Assembly: GCA_002269645.1 (NCBI GenBank)
Contig: NIVC01003825.1
Location: forward strand, 11,068 to 75,067
Reading direction: 5' to 3'
Length of the DNA stretch: 64,000 nt
From: Macrostomum lignano
Lineage: Eukaryota
Under the pieces are notes generated by a model, which had not been told where the DNA came from, ran no database searches, and worked only from the letters and a program-made list of their open reading frames with translations. Of the stretch, positions 13,601 through 25,067 are shown piece by piece. Numbering within the stretch: the stretch's first letter is position 1; every line of letters begins with the position of its first letter. Position numbers and translations under genes: made by a program.

Positions 13601-14489
13601 GGGGGTGGTATTGCTACATGTATGTTGTTTGAATCATGTTGATACACTGTAAAAGTACATGTAGCTCGTGCAAATGTGCAAGGTACATAGGGACAGTGTT
13701 TGTACAAAAAGTATTAGTATTTGGCTCATTCAAATGCAGTGAATGAGGCTCGAGGTGCATTGCATATTCATTTCAATTAGTACTCACGTTATTCTCTGTT
13801 AAGTTTTGGGAGCTGCAAAAACTCAATTTCAATAAAAAGTGATTAATGTTTACAATGCACTTATAAACCCCCACAGTCTCGAACGGTTCTGGGGAAAATG
13901 TGTTGAAAGTTTGAAAAACTCTTAAAATAGCACCCGAGATTTTAATAGACAAATTAGGCATGTCTCGTGTAATCTGTACTGAATGCGTGCAGCAAATTAC
14001 ATCATAAATACAGGTACTCTTGGTCCACTTCGATTACGAGAACTAAAATGATCAAGACTGCCGACTAATACGAAAGTGGATTATTTATGAGCAAACACTT
14101 TGTCGCGTAGATGAAGCTGAGAAGAGGAGGCTTGGCGACTGAGAGAGATAGAAATAGAGAGAGGGGCAGAAAAATTAAAGTAACGCAAGAGTAGAACACA
14201 CCAAAAGAGATTAGCGCTCAACGTTAGCAGCTGTACAATGCCAAACCCTTGAGTGCAGAAGCGCGCTTGGCAACAGGCTGCACCTCAACTTTTTTCATGC
14301 TCAAAATTCCAATAAACACCGCTTCTCATTGTCTCTGCGCCGTCCAAATGCACCCAAGCGTACAAGCAGCTTTTTTCACGCCACCGTCAGTACCAAAAGC
14401 AAGGCTTGCATATACACCAGGGCCGCAACAAAAAGCCTTTAGAACGCACCAGTAGGAAAAAATTTGAATCGCCGACTTAACAAAGAAAA

Positions 14490-16714
14490 ATGACCGACGT
14501 GGAGGATGAACTCGAAGAGCAGTTGCAGAAGCACGAAAACATTTTAGCCATGTGCTGCAGCAGACAGTCCATGTACGAGGACCCGGAGTTTCCAGCCAAC
14601 GATCGAGCCATCAAGCACACCGGATCGACTGGCAGGTACGGAATAAAGTGGCTCCGACCGAAGCAAATCAATCCAAATGCAACTTTCATTAAGGACGGCT
14701 TCTCAAGAAGCGACATCTCGCAGGGCGGCCTGGGCGATTGCTGGATCCTTGCAGCGATGGCTGGCATGGCTGAGAGACCCGAGATCATCAACCGAGTCGT
14801 GCCTGAAGGCCAGTCGATAGAGGCACCCAACTACTGTGGCGCATTTCGGTTCAGATTTCGCAAGTTCGGCAAGGAGGTCGAGATCTTGGTGGACGATCGG
14901 CTGCCCACGGAGGGCGGCAGGACGATCTACACAGAGCCGCTGAACGGTGAGTTCTGGGTCTGCCTGTTGGAGAAGGCTTTAGCAAAGTTCTACGGTTGCT
15001 ACGAGGCTCTTGAGGGCGGCGTCATCTTTGAAGCGCTGGCCGACCTGACTGGTGGAGTCTGCGAGGAGATCAAGCTGAAAGACTGGAAGGAAAGTCAGCA
15101 CCCGAAACTGGCCAGACACATCGAGCGCTGCCTGAACAGGAAAGGCTCCGTGATTGGCGCCTCCAGCATTCCCAGTCACAACGGTGACGATTACGAGATG
15201 GGAAACGGGCTGGTTTACAGCCACGCCTACACCATCACTGGACTTAAAGTCATTCAGGTAGGCGATTTCATTTGATTCATTTGAATCTTGTGTTGTTTGT
15301 TGCCACCTGAAACACAAATTGGATCTGATTTGAAAGTGATCTGATCTTTACAGACAGCTAAGTTTGTAGTTTGTAGTACTTTCCCGACATTTGAACTTTA
15401 AGCGGAAAAGGTTCTGGTATAAAGCGTCAGAAACAAATGTTAGGAGGATGTCCAACAAACAGTTTTGAACCACCGTTAATTAAGTCATTCGGAATTCGTA
15501 ACACCAAGGTAAAAACCGGGTCCGCTATGGGTAAGTGGCGCGATCTCGAACTCATCCGCGTGCGCAACCCGTGGGGCTCCACCGAGTGGGGAGGCGACTG
15601 GTCGGACAACTACCGAGGCTGGAGCGAGGAGCAGAAGAGAGCGGTCCAGCTGGTCAGCCGAGACGACGGTGAGTTCTGGATGAGCTTCGTCGATTTCGCC
15701 AAATTCTTTCGAGCCGTCACCATCCTGCACTTTGGCTCGCCGGCGGAGAGCTCCTTTGGCCGCGATGGCGGTCTCGGAGGCCGCGGAGCCACCGAGTGGC
15801 GCTGTCACGAGTTCTATGGCGAGTGGAAGAAGGGAGTGAGTGCAGGCGGTCAGCCCTACTACAGGGACAGCCACTTTACTAATCCACAGTTTGTTGTCGA
15901 GCTGGTTGACTCGCCCGATGATGAGGACGACACAGCGGCGTGTTTGGTAAGTCGGTTTTTTCGGCTGGATGTTTATATTAGTGTCAACTTTTATATATGA
16001 GCTGCGAAAAATTCTCATTCTAAATTGTAAGTCTATACTTTATCAAAGCATGGTTAATTGAATTTAACGACGCATTTAGCGTCATCTTTTCCTCGAAAAT
16101 GCAGCACTGTCTTAATTTATTTTTGACCGTACATGTAGAAGAATCGACGACTACGTAACTGCAAGAAGGAGGCAGAAGTCTCAAGTTAGGAGCTCTTGAT
16201 TTCGAGAACCCGAGAAAAAAGCAAAATACAGAAGCAACCGTGACCAATGAAACATTTCCAAAATCCGAAAACAAAAGTGCATTGTGAGAGATCTGTTTGT
16301 TAGAGTTTATTGTTTGTTTGTGTCATTGATACTCGTAGATCTACTCAAAATTTCCAATCAAAAAGACGCCACAAAGCATGCTCAAAATCAGCAGCTTCAA
16401 CCCCCCCCCCGCGACCGCACGCCGTTTTCCAGGTGAGCCTGGAAGAGCCGGACCAGCGCATTTTGCAGGCTGGGAGGCGGGACTACGCGGCCAAGGCGGT
16501 GTTTCTCTACAGCCTGGCGCCCGGCCAGACGCACGTCGCAGCGTCGGCTGGCGGCAGACGGCTGGCTCCCGCGGCGGACAGCTGCCCGTTCACGCAGTCG
16601 CGAACGCATGTCTTCAGGTTCCAGATGAAGCCGGGCCGGTACGCGGTGATGCCGTGCACCTTTGAGCCGGGGGAGGAGACTGAATTCCTGCTGCGCGTGT
16701 TCACCGAGGCCTGA
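14490..16714 (+). CDS. Calpain-family cysteine protease (CysPc plus domain III/CBSW, no penta-EF-hand), ~495 aa
   Basis: Exons 14490-15257, 15509-15946, 16433-16714, all phase 0 and GT-AG. Motifs: YEDPEFPA, ISQGGLGDCWILAA (catalytic Cys), EFWVCLLEKALAK, HAYTITG (His), RVRNPWG (Asn), DDGEFWMSF, NPQF, PGRYAVMPCTFEPGEETEFLLRVFTE then stop. Confidence 0.93.
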
Positions 16715-17193
16715 GAAGCTTAGACCACGACTTTACTACTTAAAGATCGGTCTCTTACACACAAATTATAGCGTATTAATATTGTAACTCAAAGCAAAAG
16801 ACCAAATCTGATTTCTTCAAAGATTTTTTAAAACGAATTATCTGAGATTTTACGTTCTTCCGCTTGACTTTTTATTCAGTAGATTATCGTATTTTCGAGA
16901 CGAGGTTTTCGAACAAATACACCGAGAATCAAATCTGCGACGTTATTTTTAACATTATCAATAGTTTACACTTTGTCATTAACTGTTTACCATAGCAAGC
17001 TTTCAAACTTTATGCCTTTGATAGATGCTCTGGTTCGACCTAAACATTCTTCAGAAGCACGCAAAAAGTTGTAAAACTAGCTCTACATCAATTATCATAA
17101 TGACATTGCAAGCAAGTGTTACGTATTTTCGACTCAGAATTCAAGTGGAATATTAGTTCAAATTAACAACTCGTAGTTTACACTGACGCAGTG

Positions 17194-18866
17194 CTACTTG
17201 GAAACGTTTTTGAAACGGTGCCGAAAGCAGTTCGGAACGCAGGAGCTCTTGCTGCCGCTTGTGCACTCGACTCGGAGTTGGGACACAACTCTCTGCAGAA
17301 TCACTGGGCGATTCTTGGCCGATAGAAAAAGCCTACAGAGCCTGTTACGAATGACAGCGTATTGCATCGACCAGTAAGTTTCGACGATCACCTTGGGAAA
17401 CTTCATGTTCTCATAGAGCACGGCGATCTGCTGGGTGAGCAGAGCTACGCCGAAGTTGAGGACGAAGACTGAAACCGAATTGAACACGATAAACTGCGGC
17501 CACAGAGAGATGGAGTCGCTCACCCCAGGAAAGCTGGATAGGCTGAAAATGAAGCGAAACACCCGGCCAAAATATTCCGGAAAGCAAGCTGAAGAGTTAA
17601 TCGAGCATTCGAAAAATGGGTAGCTGAGAAGCATAGTTGACCCAACAACGAACACGGGCACAAAAATGCAAAACAGCATCTTCACTGTGAAGCTACTACA
17701 GAGTAGAAGGTTTAAAAACAGTTTAAACTTTATGGCCAGATCTGAAATACACAGCATCTGCAAGATGTACATGTAGCAATAGTTGAACGTCACAATCATT
17801 TGAATGCGGGAAGAGTCGACAAACAGTTGTCCATTCAGCTCATAGTAGCTATTTGGGTCTGAAGAAACTCTGGTCTAATACCACACATCCGATCTGCTGA
17901 ATAACGAATAATATCGAAATCAGCTCCATCAGGCCAACTCCTCTCATGAACAAAATATAAAAAACAGTGAAACGCTCCGAAGCGATTTCGGGCGGCCTGA
18001 AGCCGGCTGCGAAAGTAAAAAAATCGTGCCAGAAATTCAGAACAGACAGCCAAGCAAGCTACAGATTTGCAACGCAATCCGAGCATAGATTACATAGCAA
18101 AAAGCAGCGACTAGCGATGGCGGAAGGAGCTGCAGGTAAAACCTGCTTGAATTTTCGGCACCATCAAGCAGCACCTGCACACGGGAGTCGAATGTATCCA
18201 GAGTAAATATTGGAACGTTCATTGTTAAGAGCACTGCTGCATACAGAATAACGTGAAATAGAATCGAAACTAAGCAAAGAAATAATCTCTGTTTCGTTAA
18301 AGCCACGCTCCCAAAAAAGGCTTGAACCACTGGACTGCTGAAGAAGCAGACATCTTTTCGGGATTTTCTCATTCAAGAACGTCTGAGACAACCGCATAAA
18401 CTGCAAGAACGGGGACTTTAGAAATCGGTCGCCGTCGCTGGAGTAGAGGCTGAGGTCGACCTCCTCGACCAGCAGGCTCGGGTCGGTCGGGTGCTCCCGC
18501 TCTCTGATCAGGTATCCGGGCGCATTGACAAACGCTGTCGCCAGGTGGAAGCAGTCCCTGGCCGCCGCGTACTCCAGCGGTGTCAGGCAGTCGGCCGTCA
18601 GCTCCTCGCTCAGCAGCCGAGCGCACGGGTCCGGATGCCGGCGCGACAGTCTGGCGAAGAAGCGAGCGAGCTGCGCTTCGTCAGCGGAGCAAGCCTGACT
18701 CGAGCAGCAAAAGTCCACCAGGAGGAATGCTTGAGAGACTAGCTGAGAATGTCTGGCGGCTGATTCTAGCCCACTGTCGAGGCTTGATCGGCGAAACTAG
18801 AGAAATCCGCATCAGGGTGTCCATAGTCACCTGGTGCCACAGCTGTTGAGGGTCCAGAAGCTCCAC
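17194..18866 (-). pseudogene. Frameshifted ankyrin/TRP(V)-like ion channel sequence (pseudogene or assembly indels)
   Basis: Consecutive minus-strand ORFs in different frames join into a TRP-like order. Ankyrin-type LTPLEYAAARDCFHLA; hydrophobic segments RLFLCLVSILFHVILYAAVLL and LPPSLVAAFCYVIY; pore/S6-like FGRVFRFIFSLSSF...FIVFNSVSVFVLNFGVALLTQQ. At least 3 frame changes without GT-AG introns. Family assignment is inference. Confidence 0.55.
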
Positions 18867-19670
18867 CTGGGTGAAGGCTAGTGACCAACGAAGTCAGAAC
18901 TGATGCAGACACATGTGGTCGACGTGCTGATGAAATTTGGAGACTTGGCAAGGCTGCACTGAGGCGCAGTGCTGATTGGCGCACAGGGGTGTACTGAATA
19001 CACTAGCGCTTATGGGAAAAATCCGACCTTCTGGCAGAATCGTCGAATATCTCGACGGTCCGAAGGGCTGGCGACTTGATTCTTGTTTGAGAAGGTGCGC
19101 AACAAAAAGTTAGCGCGTGTTCTTGAATTTCGTGTGCCTGCGTTGCTCCGTTCTGGCGCAGCAAAAAAAATTGTCAGGGGGGGGGGAAATTTCCCCCCCC
19201 CCTTGGTAGTTCGACGGGCGGAAAAATGGCTTGGTATTCCTACTGTTAATCTGCTTGTCTTGGAGAGTTCAAAGGGTTCGACGAAGCCCCTTTGACTAAT
19301 CAAGTAGACGGCTTCTAAAAGAAACAGAAGCTGATTTTTTTATATTTTTTCCGCCACTTTCTTTTGCCATCTCAGTCAGTCCTGTCTCCTCTTCATGTTG
19401 CAGATGCCAGGTGCCAGGTGTTGGGTGGCTGCGTTGCGAGCACCCAACCCAGCCAACAAGTTGTCGCCTTTCACCCGAGGCCACGCGGAGGCTTTGTCCG
19501 GAGCTGCCTACCTGCTGCTCTTGAGCAAGAGCTCCGGCAAGCGTGGGTCTCTGCTGCAATTTAATGTATTTCACCGCTCCTATAGACTTAAATTGTTTTG
19601 CTTTGACTCTTGCGCGCGTTAGTCTGCAGGAGTAGAACGTGTTAGACACATGGGCTGGGAGCTCAGGAGG

Positions 19671-19887
19671 AGCGGGTGCTCATACGGGAGCGACATGAAC
19701 CTCTGCGCCATGGGTCGATTCCGTTATTTTAGCGTGCAGACCAGAGCCGTCTGCTTCTGCGGCTCCAGCTACGGCCGGCACCGGAGCGCTGGTGAGAGCG
19801 AGTGCAGCGAATTGTGCAATGGAAATCATTCGCAAGTCTGCGGCGGCTGAAGTCGCAACTCCGTATACGAGAATTTCTATCAACCCG
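19671..19887 (+). pseudogene. WSC-domain gene fragment (3' half of domain) with premature stop
   Basis: LCAMGRFRYFSVQTRAVCFCGSSYGRHRSAGESECSELCNGNHSQVCGG*SRNSVYENFYQP aligns to ICAMGRFHYFGAQARNFCFCGSSYGLHGSAPESECSQVCGGNASQVCGGQNINSVFENIYNP of the intact gene at 22.6-22.8 kb. TGA at 19848-19850; donor GTAAG at 19888 at the equivalent intron position. Confidence 0.85.
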
Positions 19888-19940
19888 GTAAGGTTTAGGC
19901 CACTTGCAGTTCAGTGCAGCACCAAGCAAAAGTAGTGGTG

Positions 19941-20004
19941 GGGGGCCGTAGCCCAGCGGTAGCGCAGCTGCTCTGGTGTGCCAGAGACCCAGGCTCGATT
20001 CCAA
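19941..20004 (+). mobile_element. tRNA-like (SINE-head) sequence with degenerate Pol III A and B boxes
   Basis: GGGGGCCGTAGCCCAGCGGTAG (A-box-like TAGCCCAGCGG), hairpin CTCTGG-TGTG-CCAGAG, then GGCTCGATTCC (B-box-like). No 3' acceptor stem. Similar to 48956-49016. Confidence 0.55.
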
Positions 20005-20017
20005 GTGCAGTCACATT

Positions 20018-20223
20018 AATGCAGAGCCCGAGGCTCATGTCGGATGGCCCGTAAACCCACCCGCTTTCCACACTGAAGACAGCGTAGGGTCTCACATTTC
20101 TGACACCAGCCAGACCCGTCAAATCTCTGTTGCCGTCATTGCCATCAACAAAGCAGCCGATGTGCTGGACGCTTCAGGCCAGGCGATGGCGAGTAGAAGG
20201 CAGAGCAGCTGCTGAGGTCGCAT
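20018..20223 (-). pseudogene. WSC-domain gene fragment (signal peptide plus 5' half of domain), frameshifted and truncated
   Basis: ATG at 20223 gives MRPQQLLCLLLAIAWPEASS (intact gene: MRAPKLLALMLAISWAEVSG). After a frameshift: HIGCFVDGNDGNRDLTGLAG...SGWVYGPSDMSLGLCIN (intact: YVGCFTDTSDNRDLKGLMG...DGFVYDPSMTLELCSRI). Confidence 0.8.
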
Positions 20224-20732
20224 GCTTAATTGCAGTTGCAGCAGGGAGCCGGCAACGGAAGGGACATGTTCTACTCTCGTGAGCAGCAGTCTAGCCTTTT
20301 AAAAGAGTTTCCAGCCTCCATCAGCTAGGATTGGGAGTCGAAGTGTTAAAGAGAGTTAGGAAGTCTTGCTTTTGTTAATTGTTTCTGCTCAAGTGTATAC
20401 CTCTGTAATAAGTCCTTCTAATATCAAGTATGTGCTTGAGAAGGTTCCTTGTTTGCTTAATAGAATGTCTTCAGAACTCACAATGCCTGCCACGTAAATG
20501 TAACTTCTTTACTTTGTCTTTTGAGCTGCAATTGGCACTGAAGCGCCGCACTTTTAAGTACTTTTAAGTACAGCACTTTTAAGTATAGTTTTAAAGTAGC
20601 TATCTTATACATTTAGCCTTTTGGAACGATTACATGCAGACGTTGGAAAGGAAGCAATTATTAGTTTATTACACCCTGTTGCTTTAAGTGTGCTCAATAT
20701 GCGCCAACGAGGCTCATCTGTCTAATCTGACA

Positions 20733-21442
20733 CGATGAAAAAGTGCCAGGGCTGCTGTATGCCTGTGGTAAGAGCGTGTCTGCATGCGTACCCGCATTCT
20801 TAGGCATGCATGACAATGAAAGTGCCAGGGCTGCTGGATGCCTGTGGTAAGAGCGTGTCTGCATGCGTGCCCGCGTGCTTAGGCATGCATGACAATGAAA
20901 GTGCCAGGGCTGCTGGATGCCTGTGGTAAGAGCGTGTCTGCATGCGTGCCCGCGTGCTTAGGCATGCATGACAATGAAAGTGCCAGGGCTGCTGGATGCC
21001 TGTGGTAAGAGCGTGTCTGCATGCGTACCCGCATTCTTAGGCATGCATGACAATGAAAGTGCCAGGGCTGCTGTATGCCTGTGGTAAGAGCGTGTCTGCA
21101 TGCGTACCCGCATTCTTAGGCATGCATGACAATGAAAGTGCCAGGGCTGCTGGATGCCTGTGGTAAGAGCGTGTCTGCATGCGTGCCCGCGTGCTTAGGC
21201 ATGCATGACAATGAAAGTGCCAGGGCTGCTGGATGCCTGTGGTAAGAGCGTGTCTGCATGCGTACCCGCGTGCTTAGGCATGCATGACAATGAAAGTGCC
21301 AGGGCTGCTGTATGCCTGTGGTAAGAGCGTGTCTGCATGCGTACCCGCGTTCTTAGGCATGCATGACAATGAAAGTGCCAGGGCTGCTGGATGCCTGTGG
21401 TAAGAGCGTGTCTGCATGCGTGCCCGCGTTCTTAGGCATGCT
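20733..21442. repeat. Intergenic tandem repeat, 79-bp unit, ~9 copies
   Basis: GACAATGAAAGTGCCAGGG recurs at 20812, 20891 and onward (period 79); the whole unit is conserved, with no unique spacers. Confidence 0.95.
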
Positions 21443-22288
21443 CTCATGTAGTCCATGAGAAGTTCCTGCTCATGCAGCAAGGCCTAGAGCACAAGCATAT
21501 GCAGCCTCATCAACGTATTTGCCAGCAGAAGTCTAACAAAGCGCATTGTTTGAAGCTTCTTCTTGGCTCAGTTTAATTCTCCCCTAAGACGCAGACATTC
21601 ATTCTGCTCTTTCAAGCACTCCGTCGTGTCTTCTTGACTTCTGCATTGTCTGCTCGCTTTTCACTGACGGCATAAGTGGGCGTTGTTTCAGCCGCTCTCC
21701 AGACTCATCGCATCTGCTTGAGTCGTATCGAAAAGCAAGGCTACTCAAACAGAAGGACTCTTAGGCAGACCTGAGGCATTCTGGGTGCTTTCTGTAAGAG
21801 CACAATCGGTTTCCTTAGCAGCTGACTGAGACAGTGTCTAACTTTTTGTGAGACTATACTAAGACTAGTAAGGAAGGGAAAGTATACTATTCTTGTATCA
21901 GAAGTTTAACCAGCATTAGCATATCTGTAGCTCAGCGAAAATAGCCCTAGAATGCTGAGCCTGACCCTGTCGAGGTACATCAAAGGCTGACTGGCGACAT
22001 GCTTTTGCGACAGTCCCTGGTGGGACACAACCCGTGTCAAGTTTCAGTACAGCAACTGACTCTAGACAAAGCCGTGGCGACATCTGATTAGATTTGCATG
22101 CCGCAAACCGCGCGGCTATCAATTTAGAATCTCGTTTGGCATACATTTCAATCACTGGGATATTCTGCTGAATCAAAGCGTCTTACTCTCGGGTTGGAAA
22201 ACAAATTTTCTGTTTTTCAAATTGTTATTTTTCGTCTGCAATTTTCGACGTGTCTTCTACAGCATTCAACTTGAATTCTCGGTGCCGA

Positions 22289-23034
22289 TCACAGCTTCAC
22301 CCAGACCCACTGGGTCTCATTGGCGACCTCGCTGGGCACAGCGGCGAATCTCATGAGGCGGCACATCCGGCTGGACTGCACGAAGGCGCAGGCGAGGCAG
22401 TCCGGGCTGCGGTGGCAGGCGGCGAAGCACTCGAACTTCAGAGCGGCCTCCTGGCTCAAGTAGGCGCCAACGGTGCCGGAGTCGGCGACAAGAATTGATG
22501 AGTTGGAGGCCATCGGCTTGTAGACTCCGCGGGCTGAAATTTTGCATGAATTCCTTCGAGTTCATTTCAAAATTAAATTGTGTTGAAAACACATAGTTGT
22601 TTATTTTTGAAAGTCTTACGCGGGTTGTATATGTTCTCGAACACGGAATTAATATTCTGTCCACCGCACACTTGCGAGGCGTTGCCACCGCAGACTTGGG
22701 AGCATTCAGATTCCGGAGCGCTCCCATGCAGTCCGTAGGAGGAGCCGCAGAAGCAGAAATTCCTGGCCTGCGCTCCAAAGTAGTGGAATCTGCCCATAGC
22801 GCAGATGCGGCTGCAGAGCTCGAGGGTCATGGATGGATCGTAGACAAATCCGTCCGAAGCGTGGACATTAAATGGTCCAATATTGGAGTATCCCATCAGG
22901 CCCTTCAAATCTCTGTTGTCGGAAGTGTCAGTGAAGCAGCCGACGTACTTGAGGTGGCTGACAGACGGCGGCTGGCCTGACACTTCAGCCCAGGAAATTG
23001 CCAGCATCAGGGCCAGCAGTTTTGGAGCCCGCAT
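22289..23034 (-). CDS. Secreted WSC-domain plus PAN/apple-like domain protein, 219 aa
   Basis: Exons 22620-23034 and 22289-22533 (phase 1; GTAAGA...TTTCAG). Signal peptide MRAPKLLALMLAISWA; WSC pattern YVGCF...MTLELCSRIC...YFGAQARNFCFCG...ECSQVCGGNASQVCGG; PAN-like ECFAACHRSPDCLACAFVQSSRMCRL. Confidence 0.9.
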
Positions 23035-25067
23035 GCCGAGCTGTCTCGTTTGAATTTCTAGGAATCGTCAGCACTTTTCTCTGGCTATATACCGTCGGTG
23101 AACTGCATATCTGGCCTTGCTGAAGATGGCGCCTAACTCTCTTTAAAACCTCTTAAATCCTAAAGCACTCATTGTCTGCTTGGGAAGTTGAGCACAGCAA
23201 TTTTTGCTGCTTCTTTGCTACCCCCATCTCACTGAGAGATGCGGTGCATGCCTGAGCAGCGTCCCGATAGTCAAGTTGCGCAGTGAGCAGAGTGGAAAAC
23301 TTATTATGCTGGCTCAGTGAGTAAAATGCTACAATGTAAAGGCAGGCCCTCAGAGGATCTCACATCTTCAGGTGGGGCTGAAAGAGTAGTCAGAGAAAAG
23401 AAAGCAGAGCGAAGCATAAAGGGAGTTCATAAAGGGATAAGGATGTAACGGCAGACGCACCATGTTGAAAATTTCAACAGAAAAACTTTGTGGAAAGTAA
23501 ACGGTAATAGCCAGTGAGTTTCCATGGCAACGTTAAATTTTAATTTTGGTCTAAAAATATTCATTTATTAATAGGAAGACGCAGAATGACCTGGCCTCAG
23601 CAATTGCAGCACTGACACTACAAGAGTCTTAAATATATTTAAAAAGCCCCATTTTTCGTTTGTCGAAAAACAGTTTTTCGTCAGTTGCACGTCAAAGGAA
23701 AGATTAAGAGCTTGCATGTAGATACCGATCAAAGCAACTGAAAGGGCACGCAAATGCAGCACCTGAGGCTACTTGATGATGCAAAGCCTTAAGTAACCTA
23801 ACTACTGACATTTCCGGCACCCAAACTACTAACAGTAGCGTAAAAGCGTATTGCATTGCGCATTAAACTGTGCTTAAAACGCATGCTGCATGTATTTTGT
23901 TTAAATGCGAAATCATTTGCAGTTTGCAAAGCAAAAATAGGCTACAAAAAAATCACTAAATTATGGTGCCCACTCTATCAAGGTGTGCTAATTAAAATAA
24001 GCGCACCTGATCCTCGCTCGTGAAAGGGCAGCAACTTCCGTTCCTGATAGCATCCTTGCGGCCTCTGAATCCTGCCTGAGCCCCTGCTGCAGCTGGCACT
24101 GAGGATTGGGATGGAGCTTAGCGCTCTGAGCTAAGCCAGAAACGGTTGCAGCTGTGCGTGACTCAATAGGATTAAGAGAAGCAGTGGAGTACCTGAGACA
24201 TTTTTGTGTGTTTCACCAGTTTTTAATCAGTTTGCTTTAAACAATTGCTGCCACAGCTTCGCCACAGAACATGTATGGATTGTACGATCTCCAATGCGAC
24301 TCTGAGATCTGGAGACGGGACTCCTGACCTTTGAGACGGGACTCTTGACAATTAAGACGCAACGAATTTGGGTCAGGACACCTGAGAAGTGAAATTTCAA
24401 GATATTGATATTCAAGACAGACATCCGAAATTTACGATGAGACACGAGGCATCTAAAACTGCACAGTTGAAAGCATGCACCGCTGGATTGAGAAGTGCAT
24501 GCAGACACAAGAGCTACCAGCATACTTTATGGTTTTTATCCATTTACCTTTGTTTGAAAGCAATTAGAGCTATCGATTCAGTGAGTTTCATGGAATTTTT
24601 TTGAATGAAACTGGCCATCAGAAGAATGGCGCTCATTATTTGTTAGTCAAGTTGGCATGGGGGCATTGGGGAGGGGGGCTGCCCCCCTCAATCAATGCGA
24701 CAGCCATCTCGCAGCCAGGCGCCATTCCGCTGAGTCCTGAGCACACACTCGGATGTGTACGCAGGCGCTCACACAGGGTGTACATGCAGCGGCCCCTGAC
24801 TTTCCCGTGTACAACTCTCATGGGTGGGAATCGCCCAATACCCGGGCCAGTTTTCGTGCAACAGCCCCAGATTAATGCGGCCGTGGAACTCGAGAGCTTC
24901 TCTCTCTGCCCCAATTTAAGCCACTCATACGCAGATGGCAGGGCGCTCGAGTCCCATTGGCCGGACTGCTTGAGACATTCGAGGCCTCATTAAACGGCTC
25001 TCAACGCTATTTTAGCAGCGGTTGCTAGGGCAGGGGCTAAGCTCAACCAAAGTGGCTCTGCTCAAGC

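Noticed and set aside
13411-13707. CPYVPC...H...H pattern as a zinc finger or retrotransposon gag start
   Set aside because: Spacing is imperfect, there is no supporting downstream domain, and the ORF is short in AT-rich DNA.
19941-20012. Intact tRNA gene
   Set aside because: No 3' acceptor stem pairing with GGGGGCC and no 7-nt anticodon loop; kept only as a tRNA-derived head.
20733-21442. 79-bp periodic array as a possible CRISPR
   Set aside because: The entire unit is repeated with no unique spacers, no cas genes are present, and the context is eukaryotic. The same applies to all other arrays.
23960-24150. Firm hammerhead ribozyme call
   Set aside because: The core nucleotides do not match CUGANGA/GAAA/UH on either strand; reported only as a structured-element candidate.
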